Source: a bacterium (lineage in GTDB: Bacteria; Hinthialibacterota; Hinthialibacteria; Hinthialibacterales; Hinthialibacteraceae). From it: DNA of 21,300 bases. Made by a program: the position numbers and the translations under genes. The first letter of the stretch is position 1, and each line of letters starts with the position of its first letter. Positions 7,800 through 16,092 of this stretch are shown piece after piece. The stretch spans positions 1-21,300 of the forward strand of contig CAXXSM010000075.1 of the NCBI GenBank assembly GCA_963663405.2. The letters are read 5' to 3'. The notes under the pieces were generated by a model, which made no database searches, had not been told where the DNA came from, and worked only from the letters and a program-made list of their open reading frames with translations.

Positions 7800-10451
7800 G
7801 TGAAATTGAGAGCGATGAGAGATTTCACCAGTTTATTTAAATCGTTAACGGATCATTCACCTTTCGCTTGGCAGGAGCGATTGTTTAAGGATTTGGTCGA
7901 AAACAGGATTACACATTCGTGTAATATTCCAACTGGATTGGGAAAAACTTCGGTGATCCCGATCTGGTTGGTGGCGCTGGTTACACAGATTGATCGAGGA
8001 TACGAACAGATGTTACCTCGCCGGCTTATCTATATTGTGAATCGGCGCACAGTGGTTGACCAAGCGACGGATATCGTTGTTGAGATGCGTGACCGAATAA
8101 AAGAGCCAGACAAGCAGAAATGGAAGGAACATCATTCAACTTTATCCTTTATCAAAGAAACACTAATCGGAATGAGTGTCGTGAATGACATCCCATTAGC
8201 CATTAGCACGTTGCGTGGGGAAATGGCGGATAATGAAGAATGGAAAGCCGATCCATCGTGTCCCGCTATTATTGTTGGAACTGTCGATATGATCGGCAGC
8301 AAACTTCTCTTTTCAGGTTATGGTGATGGTTTTCGCATACGTCCTCATCATGCCGGTTTGATTGGTCAGGATTCATTGATCGTTCATGATGAAGCGCATC
8401 TAACACCCACCTTTGGGCAATTGCTGGATAAAATTTCGGCTGTCCAACAAAATGAAGGTGAGCGGAAAGAAGACAAATTGAGGCCGATCAAAATTATTGA
8501 ACTCTCCGCGACACCGCAAAAAAATTTAATCTCAGAAAAATCTTTTTCACTTACGAATGAAGATGAACAGGATGAGGAGGTGAAGAAAAGGCTAAACGCT
8601 CCCAAGTTACTCCATTATGAGATTGAAGATAATAAAAAGATTGAAGAAAAGATCGCTGCTCTTGCCTCTAAATATGAATCTGAAAACGTAAAAGTCTTGA
8701 TCTATGTTCACTCGCCTGAATCTGCAAAAACAGTTGTGAGCCAATTAAAAAAGATAATAAACCAAAACACAATTGACGGACGGATCAGTCTGCTGACTGG
8801 AACAATGAGAGGCTATGAAAGAGATCAGCTCGTTCAAAGTGACAGTGTCTATAAAGCCTTTTTGGATCATGACAGAGAAGTTGAGCAGTCATGCTACCTG
8901 GTTAGCACATCGGCTGGAGAAGTAGGGGTTGATTTCGATGCGGATCACATGGTTTGCGATTTGACAACGTTAGACTCCATGATTCAACGATTCGGGCGTG
9001 TCAACCGTAAAGGAAACAAGCATTCAAATATCGATGTTGTCTTCCCTGATAAAATTGATGATAAGAAACCAGAAATTAAGAATACAAAGGAAATCTTGGA
9101 ACGACTCGAGAAAGATGAAAATGGTGAAATAAATGTAAATCCAAAAGTATTAATGGACATATTGAGCCAGGAGAATGTTCAAAAGGCTTTTAATTCTGCG
9201 CCCCACGTTCAACCACTCACGGATATTGTGTTGGATTATTGGTCGCTGACAAGCATTAAAGATGAACTTCCCGGCAGGCCCGAAATCGCATCCTTTTTAC
9301 ATGGATTGACAAATGACCTTCCTGAAACCTATGTCATTTGGCGTGAAGAAGTTAAACATTTTGTGGATTATGATGTACCGGATGAAAGCATTGAAGAGTG
9401 GTTTCAAGAGCGCCGCATTGAATCGCACGAACGGTTAAGAGATTGGAGTGATCGAGTCTATAGAGAACTTCAAAAAATAGGAAAGAAATCCAAGGAAGAA
9501 AACTTCCGAGTTGTCGTTCTTTCGGGTGATGGGAAAGCGGAGAAAATTTCACTGAATGCACTTTTGAAAAAGAAAAAAGAATTCATCGCCTTTCGCACTA
9601 TTGTTCTTCCTGCTGAAGCAGGGGGAATAACTAAAGAAGGAATTCTTGATGGCAACCAGAAAGATCCTGCGCTGGACGTTGCCAGTATTGAAAGACCGAT
9701 AAAAATCGTTTCTGATCTCAACGGTGAAGAGGTTCCATCAAAGCCGAAGGAAAGTTTAAAACTTACTTATTTCCTGCCGCTTAAAGAAGCAGAAAGTGAG
9801 GATGAAGAAGAGGAATCCAAATATCTCGTCTTATTCAAAAAGGCTGAACAATTCTCTTTCGAGAATCCGAAAAAATGTGTTGCAATAGCTCCTCCCACAC
9901 TTTCTCAGCATATCAAACAAGTCGCCGCGATGGAGGAAAAGATCGTTCAAAAAGTTGGTATCCCGGAGAATATCAAGGAAGCGTTAATTTTGGCGGCAGA
10001 ATGGCATGACAAGGGAAAAGACAGACTGATCTGGCAGGAAGCTATTTACAACAAGAATGGAGAACCTTTGGCGAAATCAAGAAAGAAAGTGATGGATTGG
10101 CGGTTGCTCGGGGGGTATCGGCATGAGTTTGGCTCATTGTTGGATGCAAGCGGCGATCCCGATATTGATAAACATCCCGAAAAAGATTTGATCCTGCATT
10201 TGATCGCGGCGCATCATGGTTGGGCAAGACCGAACTTCAATTTGAACGCTTTCGATACTCAAAACTATACCACGAATGAGAATGAAAAAGCCGCTCAAGA
10301 AGTGATGCGGCGTTTTGGAAGGCTTCAACTTCGGTTTGGCCGCTGGGGGTTGGCTTGGTTGGAGTCGTTGCTTCGCTGCGCTGACTATGCTGTGTCAAAA
10401 GAAGAAACAACAATAAACAATGTATCTACTATGCCGGAGAACCCACAATGA
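7800..10451 (+). CDS. cas3: Type I-G CRISPR-associated helicase/nuclease Cas3 (HD domain at the C-terminus)
   Basis: PFAWQ Q-motif, Walker A IPTGLGKT, RRLIYIVNRRTVVDQ, DEAH, SAT and QRFGRVNR. C-terminal HD motifs TLSQH, WHDKGK, RHEFGS, AAHHG and LLRCAD. The start could be GTG 7800, TTG 7806 or ATG 7815. Confidence 0.95.
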   Translation: MKLRAMRDFTSLFKSLTDHSPFAWQERLFKDLVENRITHSCNIPTGLGKTSVIPIWLVALVTQIDRGYEQMLPRRLIYIVNRRTVVDQATDIVVEMRDRIKEPDKQKWKEHHSTLSFIKETLIGMSVVNDIPLAISTLRGEMADNEEWKADPSCPAIIVGTVDMIGSKLLFSGYGDGFRIRPHHAGLIGQDSLIVHDEAHLTPTFGQLLDKISAVQQNEGERKEDKLRPIKIIELSATPQKNLISEKSFSLTNEDEQDEEVKKRLNAPKLLHYEIEDNKKIEEKIAALASKYESENVKVLIYVHSPESAKTVVSQLKKIINQNTIDGRISLLTGTMRGYERDQLVQSDSVYKAFLDHDREVEQSCYLVSTSAGEVGVDFDADHMVCDLTTLDSMIQRFGRVNRKGNKHSNIDVVFPDKIDDKKPEIKNTKEILERLEKDENGEINVNPKVLMDILSQENVQKAFNSAPHVQPLTDIVLDYWSLTSIKDELPGRPEIASFLHGLTNDLPETYVIWREEVKHFVDYDVPDESIEEWFQERRIESHERLRDWSDRVYRELQKIGKKSKEENFRVVVLSGDGKAEKISLNALLKKKKEFIAFRTIVLPAEAGGITKEGILDGNQKDPALDVASIERPIKIVSDLNGEEVPSKPKESLKLTYFLPLKEAESEDEEEESKYLVLFKKAEQFSFENPKKCVAIAPPTLSQHIKQVAAMEEKIVQKVGIPENIKEALILAAEWHDKGKDRLIWQEAIYNKNGEPLAKSRKKVMDWRLLGGYRHEFGSLLDASGDPDIDKHPEKDLILHLIAAHHGWARPNFNLNAFDTQNYTTNENEKAAQEVMRRFGRLQLRFGRWGLAWLESLLRCADYAVSKEETTINNVSTMPENPQ

Positions 10452-11335
10452 ACCTATCATCTCCAAATATATCAATTCCTGTTGATGTAAGCAATCCTGG
10501 ACAATTCTTCGCCTGCTGCGGTTTGCTGGAATTAGCGCATCGGCTTTGGCCCGGGGCGGAAGGGCACTTTTCCAAAAAAGAACGCATAAAAGAACGCAAA
10601 TTTGTTATTGCTTCAAAAGACCATGCAGTTTCATTGAAATACCTACTAGATGAATTTATTAATTGTCCACTTGGAGGATTAACTACAGAAGAAAGAGATG
10701 AACGAAAAAAACTTGAAAAAGAAAAAAAAAGACAACAATTGAATCCTGAAAAAGAAATAAGGCGTAAAGAACTAGGGAAGAAAGCACGGGAAGGTTCTAT
10801 AAATATTGGTTTACCGTTTTCATTAGAACTAAATTGGTGGATGACAGATGGTGATACTGTAGTAAAAACATGGGCAGGTCAGCAAGAGATTCATAAAATA
10901 TCTCGAGCCGCTCAGGAAGAAATAAAGAAAATAAAAAATATTGAAGATATGTTTGATTTTTCATCTATTTTAAGTTCTCCACCTGAATATGGTAAATCCA
11001 ACAAAAATGTAGAGCCTTTCTATTTTGATTCTCGAAGATTCTCTCACGCGCTTGATACTGGATTTTCTCTTGATGTTCAAAAGTTTAAAACATATGCTCA
11101 TCCGGCTGTTGAGTTATTTTGTTTGATTGGTCTACAACGATTTCGTCCAAAAATAGCGACAAAAAAATGGTATTTTGAATACGTTTCATGGTATCAACCG
11201 CTTCCACCAATAGTCGCATGTTCAATAGCAAATGGGGCAATCAAAATAGACAATGGAAGTACTTATCAATTTAGATTAAATTTTCGAGATGATCAAAAAA
11301 GGTATAGAGCATTCAGTTTTGCAATACCTAAATAA
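10448..11335 (+). CDS. cas8u2: Type I-G large subunit, Cas8u2/Cas8g2 type
   Basis: 295 aa between cas3 and cas7, with ATGA overlap with cas3. Motifs VDVSNPGQFFACCGLLELA, KTWAGQQ, LDTGFSLD and PAVELFCLIGLQRFRP. Confidence 0.8.
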   Translation: MNLSSPNISIPVDVSNPGQFFACCGLLELAHRLWPGAEGHFSKKERIKERKFVIASKDHAVSLKYLLDEFINCPLGGLTTEERDERKKLEKEKKRQQLNPEKEIRRKELGKKAREGSINIGLPFSLELNWWMTDGDTVVKTWAGQQEIHKISRAAQEEIKKIKNIEDMFDFSSILSSPPEYGKSNKNVEPFYFDSRRFSHALDTGFSLDVQKFKTYAHPAVELFCLIGLQRFRPKIATKKWYFEYVSWYQPLPPIVACSIANGAIKIDNGSTYQFRLNFRDDQKRYRAFSFAIPK

Positions 11336-11346
11336 GGAGAAGAGCT

Positions 11347-12408
11347 ATGAACAACGATCCATTAATTTCTCAATTTGATGAATGGCTAAAAGACGACAGC
11401 GATTACGCAGCGATTGTTTTGCGGCAATGGTTGGAACCAGTGGAAGGAAAAGACGCTGTTATTTTCCCACCGACGTATGCTATGCCAAAAGATCAAAAAA
11501 ATGAGTGGTGTGGTTACAACATTGATCGTTTGAAGGACGGAAGTAATGTTTGTCAAATCGATAGTGTCGGTTCGCAGGCAAACCGGATGGAGCCATTATT
11601 CAAAAAAGAGCCTTATTCAAAATTGATTCCGAAAGTGATTATAAAATTTGAAGATAGGGAAATAAATTTACTTGACGCCGCTCATCGCGCTTCGGACGCG
11701 ATTGTAAGATATTCAACTCTCAACGATGAATTGGAAGAGGCGTTTAATTCGATTAAAAATACAGGGAATGCGGAATCGCTGGCAAAGATTGCTCCCACTT
11801 CAGTTGTTTTTGGCAGTTGGGATTCACGTTCAACGCAAGTGAAATTACCACGTATCGTTCGTTCTGTTATTCGCGCTTATGATACGGATATGTTGCATCG
11901 TTCTGCGCAATACACAACCATTGCCGGTGAATTTTTTGAAAATGAAGAAAAAGATAAAGATAAAATCCCCGAAGTTAAAAAAGCAGATCTTGGTTTGGCG
12001 CATGTTCCAGCGGCGTGGACTCATGGTGGTGTGATCGTAAAAAACGAGATACGCAGAGACGCGGCTTTGAATCTTGTTGTCATACGCAGTTTAAATGCAG
12101 AAACCGATGAAAAAACAATAGCATTAAGGCGATATATTCTAGGTTTGGCTCTCATCTGTTTTACCGCTCCGCAAGAAACATTTCTACGTGAAGGTTGTCA
12201 ACTGATCCCCGATCAAGCAAAAAAAGCGGAATGGGAAACCGTGAAGGTCGATGGAAACCGCGAATCATTTTCCATGGATCACACAAAGATTGCTATACCT
12301 TTTGCGGAACTTGCCGCAGATGAATTTGGTGTTGGTGATGATAAAGAAGCTGATTTTGACAAAAAAGCGGCTCAAAAAGCACTTAAAGAAAAATCAAATA
12401 AAAAGTAA
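11347..12408 (+). CDS. csb1: Type I-G backbone Cas7 (Csb1)
   Basis: IFPPTYA, IDSVGSQANRME, AAHRASDA and VFGSWDS motifs. AAGGAG RBS at 11334-11339. Confidence 0.92.
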   Translation: MNNDPLISQFDEWLKDDSDYAAIVLRQWLEPVEGKDAVIFPPTYAMPKDQKNEWCGYNIDRLKDGSNVCQIDSVGSQANRMEPLFKKEPYSKLIPKVIIKFEDREINLLDAAHRASDAIVRYSTLNDELEEAFNSIKNTGNAESLAKIAPTSVVFGSWDSRSTQVKLPRIVRSVIRAYDTDMLHRSAQYTTIAGEFFENEEKDKDKIPEVKKADLGLAHVPAAWTHGGVIVKNEIRRDAALNLVVIRSLNAETDEKTIALRRYILGLALICFTAPQETFLREGCQLIPDQAKKAEWETVKVDGNRESFSMDHTKIAIPFAELAADEFGVGDDKEADFDKKAAQKALKEKSNKK

Positions 12409-12421
12409 TTTGAGGTTCAAG

Positions 12422-13870
12422 ATGACTCCCTATCTATGTTTCTCTATTACCTTATTAGATCCAATTTTTCATGGTCGGAATGATGGCAAAAATCCTGAAT
12501 GGCCACCCTCACCCTATCGACTTTACCAAGCTTTGCTAAATGGATCACATACGGGGGGGCATAATCTAGAATGGAATAGCGAAAAAGAAAAATGTTATCA
12601 TTGGCTGGAAAGTCAAGAACCTCCCAATATTATTGCGCCTGACGTTCACCCAGTTCCAAACATTTCACTCTTTGTACCGAATAATGATAGTGATGAAGAA
12701 TTTGAACGAAATGAACGGCTGACAACTAAAATTACATGCCCCCAGCGTCTTCTATACGGTCAAACGATCCATTATCTATGGAAAATCAATGACTACGATC
12801 AAGAAACAGTACATAAAACTGTGGATTTATTATGTACTGAAGCGCGTAATATTCACACATTCGGGTGGGGAATTGATATGGCTTTTGGATATGGCCGCGT
12901 TCTAGAAATGCAGGATGTTACAGCGCTTTCCGGAACTTATTGGAAGCCATGGAAAGGGTGTCGAATGCAGGACAACAATCTCAAAAGGATTCCAATTGAA
13001 GGAACGTTGAATGATTTAGAGAGAGTTTATGATTCTTTCATTCATAGCATTGATGAAAATAACTATCGCATTCCACTCAAAACAAGTGTTTTTGATGTTC
13101 GATCCTACATTCCAAAAGATCAGGCTCCTCTTCGTTCATACGCTGTATTTGAACTGTCCGAAGGAAACGCTTTTTCCCAGGAAAACACTGTCGAAGTTGG
13201 GGCGATGTTGCGTTCTCTTGTATGTCGTGATAAGAACCGTGAAGATTTTCAAGAACAGTTTCCTAATGATGATTCCGAAATCTTTCTCGCTGGTCATACA
13301 GGAAACCAAAAAAAGACGCCGCATCGGTTTTCATACTTGCCATTGCCGACAATTGGACACAAGCACGCTGATGGAATGATTCGCCGGTTAATGATTGCTG
13401 AATCGTATGGTGATAATGGCTCCCATGCTCAATGGGCGCAACAGCGTCTTAAAAACCAAGTTCTTTGCGATGAGAATCAAAACGAGCGTGGATTGCTACA
13501 AGAACTTTGGAGAACTACTTCAAATGATATGGTCAAAAGGTATATCGGTGAAAGTAAGGAATGGGCGACTGTCACACCGGTTTTGTTACCCGGCTATGAT
13601 GATGGAAAGCATCGTAAAGCCGAAAAATTGTTTCTACAAGCGGTTTGTCAGTCGGGAGAGCCAGTAGAGTCCATTGAAAAGATTACATTGCGAAAGGCGC
13701 CTTTTTTTCCTGGTTCGCAGCATCCTCGTTTATACAAACGGCCGCACTACCTTAAAAATCTACCAGGTTGGCATGTCAGAATTCTATTTCGAAATAATCG
13801 GTCTGGACCAATCGCAATCGGCGCCGGCCGGCATTGTGGTTTAGGCCTATTCGCTAGACTTGATTACTAA
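12422..13870 (+). CDS. csb2: Type I-G Csb2 (Cas5/Cas6-like fusion, crRNA processing)
   Basis: FHGR...PEWPPSPYRLYQAL, WLESQEPP, FVPNND, WATVTPVLLP and the C-terminal G-rich loop GPIAIGAGRHCGLGLF. Start placed at ATG 12422 (GAGG upstream), not 12251, which would overlap csb1 by 158 bp. Confidence 0.92.
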   Translation: MTPYLCFSITLLDPIFHGRNDGKNPEWPPSPYRLYQALLNGSHTGGHNLEWNSEKEKCYHWLESQEPPNIIAPDVHPVPNISLFVPNNDSDEEFERNERLTTKITCPQRLLYGQTIHYLWKINDYDQETVHKTVDLLCTEARNIHTFGWGIDMAFGYGRVLEMQDVTALSGTYWKPWKGCRMQDNNLKRIPIEGTLNDLERVYDSFIHSIDENNYRIPLKTSVFDVRSYIPKDQAPLRSYAVFELSEGNAFSQENTVEVGAMLRSLVCRDKNREDFQEQFPNDDSEIFLAGHTGNQKKTPHRFSYLPLPTIGHKHADGMIRRLMIAESYGDNGSHAQWAQQRLKNQVLCDENQNERGLLQELWRTTSNDMVKRYIGESKEWATVTPVLLPGYDDGKHRKAEKLFLQAVCQSGEPVESIEKITLRKAPFFPGSQHPRLYKRPHYLKNLPGWHVRILFRNNRSGPIAIGAGRHCGLGLFARLDY

Positions 13871-13906
13871 CAAGGGCGATCAAGCCCTTAATCATCGGAT
13901 TGAATC

Positions 13907-15613
13907 ATGGATACATCAAATGAGTCGACTCATACTGTCATGGAACTGCCCGATCTGATCCCGGCCCGGATACTCAATGAGTTTGCTTATTGTCCGCGCC
14001 TCAGCTATTTGGAATGGATCGAGCAGGAATGGGATGACAATGTCTGGACGCTCGATGGCGATTACCAACATCGCCGCGTTGACCGTCCGGGGGGAACGCT
14101 TCCCGAAGCCGAATCGATGGAAGACAGCGATGATCGAACGATCCATGCCCGGTCGGTGACGCTGTCCGCCCCTGACGCTGGATTCATCGCCAAGATGGAT
14201 CTCATCGAATCGAACGAGGGGGAGTTAATCCCCGTCGAGTACAAACGCGGCAGCATCCCTGATAACGAACAACAGTCGTGGGAACCGGAACGAGTCCAAC
14301 TCGCCGCGCAGGCTATCATCCTGCGGGAGAATGGATACACCTGCAACCGCGGAGCGTTGTATTATGTTTCGTCGCGCAGACGGGTGGATATCCCCATCGA
14401 TGACGCGCTTGTTCATCGTACGTTAGAACTAGCTGAACAATTACGTCAAACCGCCATCACTGGTGAACGGCCGCCTCCCCTGATTGACAGTCCCAAATGC
14501 CCCGCCTGTTCACTGGTTGGCATTTGTCTACCGGACGAAACGCTGTATGCGAAAATTCATGCAAGCGAAGAAGCGGAAGAAGACGTCATTCGAAGGCTGT
14601 ACCCCGCCCGTGACGACGCGTCGCCGCTCTATGTGCAGGAACAAGGCTCTTATGTCGGAAAATCGGGCGAGGAAATCACGGTCAAGAAAAAAAGGGAGGT
14701 AGTCGCTAAGGCCCGGTTGATGGAGCTTTCGCATCTTTGCTTGTTTGGATCAGTGCAAATCAGCACGCAAGCGGTGCATGAGTTTCTCATGAGAGCAAAG
14801 CCGATTCTGTATTTTACGTATGGAGGGTGGTTCCATGGGATCTGTTCGGGTATGCCGCATAAGAACATTGAATTGCGGCGTCGCCAATTCCAAGCCTCTG
14901 AAGGAACGCCCGCTTTGACCATAGCCCGCGCGCTGGTCCATAACAAGATACAGAACTGCCGGATTCTACTGCGGCGAAACGCCGATGAATCGTCTTCAGA
15001 TGAGTTTCGCCGGTTCGAAAAAAAAGCGTTGGAGGCTGAATCCCTTGAGAGCCTTTTGGGTTATGAAGGAACCGCAGGTCGGCTCTATTTTCAACAGTTC
15101 GCCTCGATGCTCAAACCCAAAGAACCGGAATCGGCAATGGATACGTTCGATTTCCAAAATCGAAACAGACGGCCGCCAAAAGATCCAGTCAATGCGCTGC
15201 TTTCGTTTGCGTACTCGCTGCTGGTCAAAGATTGGACTAACATACTCCTGGCTGTCGGTTTTGATCCATACCTGGGTTTCTATCATCAGCCTCGCTACGG
15301 ACGTCCCGCGCTGGCGCTTGATATGATGGAACCCTTCCGGCCGTTGATCGCGGATTCAACGGTGATCACCGCCATTAATAATGGTGTCGTGCAACCGAAT
15401 GATTTTATCCGCAGCGGTGGAGCGGTTGCGCTAAAGCCGGAGGCCCGCAAGCGTTTCATCTTGGCGTATGAACGCCGAATGAGCATGTTGATTACACATC
15501 CGGTGTTCAACTATCGGGTCAGTTACCGGCGGGTGCTGGAAGTGCAGGCGCGTTTATTGGCGCGTTATCTTACGGGTGAGATGAAAGAACCGCCTGTGTT
15601 TACAACAAGGTAA
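13907..15613 (+). CDS. cas1: Cas4-Cas1 fusion protein
   Basis: Cas4 part: YCPR, DLIE...PVEYKRG, QLAAQ and CPACSLVGIC (Fe-S cysteines). Cas1 part: LLGYEG, RNRRPPKDPVNALLSFAY, GFYH and LALDMMEPFRP. Confidence 0.96.
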   Translation: MDTSNESTHTVMELPDLIPARILNEFAYCPRLSYLEWIEQEWDDNVWTLDGDYQHRRVDRPGGTLPEAESMEDSDDRTIHARSVTLSAPDAGFIAKMDLIESNEGELIPVEYKRGSIPDNEQQSWEPERVQLAAQAIILRENGYTCNRGALYYVSSRRRVDIPIDDALVHRTLELAEQLRQTAITGERPPPLIDSPKCPACSLVGICLPDETLYAKIHASEEAEEDVIRRLYPARDDASPLYVQEQGSYVGKSGEEITVKKKREVVAKARLMELSHLCLFGSVQISTQAVHEFLMRAKPILYFTYGGWFHGICSGMPHKNIELRRRQFQASEGTPALTIARALVHNKIQNCRILLRRNADESSSDEFRRFEKKALEAESLESLLGYEGTAGRLYFQQFASMLKPKEPESAMDTFDFQNRNRRPPKDPVNALLSFAYSLLVKDWTNILLAVGFDPYLGFYHQPRYGRPALALDMMEPFRPLIADSTVITAINNGVVQPNDFIRSGGAVALKPEARKRFILAYERRMSMLITHPVFNYRVSYRRVLEVQARLLARYLTGEMKEPPVFTTR

Positions 15614-15616
15614 ACG

Positions 15617-15910
15617 GTGATGCGGCGATTATATATTATTTCCTATGATGTGAGTGATTCCAAACGCTTGCGAAAAGTGTATACTATCATGCGCGGATTT
15701 GGGGATCATCTTCAGTTATCGGTGTTCCGGGCGGACCTTTCGCCCAAAGAAAAAATACAAATGGTAATGAAACTGGATCAGGTGATCCACCACAAAGAGG
15801 ACCAAGTTTTGATTATTCCAGTCGGTCCCGCCGGTGGAGACTTAGAAAAGGAAATCGAAGCGTTGGGAAGAACATATGAACCATATGAGCGTGGCGCCAT
15901 AGTGGTATAG
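15617..15910 (+). CDS. cas2: CRISPR-associated Cas2
   Basis: 97 aa with YIISYDVSDSKRLRKV...HLQLSVF. Start is GTG 15617 or ATG 15620. Confidence 0.95.
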   Translation: MMRRLYIISYDVSDSKRLRKVYTIMRGFGDHLQLSVFRADLSPKEKIQMVMKLDQVIHHKEDQVLIIPVGPAGGDLEKEIEALGRTYEPYERGAIVV

Positions 15911-16092
15911 TGATAAAAAGCGTTGCGAGAGGTTCAGTGACGTCACTTCCCTAGGATGCGCTCGCTCTTTGAAAATCAAGGAGTTACGTACAATGAAAGG
16001 TAAAAATAATAATTATAGTAATTGTTATCCAAGCGAACCACTCGTAATCAGGGTCATAAACCGAGTCGAATCAAGATCTCAGAAAGCGAGCG
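15911..16092 (+). promoter_or_regulatory. CRISPR leader with IHF-like sites
   Basis: 182 bp non-coding stretch between cas2 and repeat 1, with an AT-rich core. AATCAAggagTTA (15974-15986) matches WATCAANNNNTTR exactly. AATCAAgatcTCA (16069-16081) has one mismatch. Confidence 0.8.

Noticed and set aside
12251-12421. 57-aa N-terminal extension of Csb2 in the ORF track
   Set aside because: It overlaps csb1 by 158 bp and resembles no domain. ATG 12422 has an RBS and precedes the usual N-terminal motifs.
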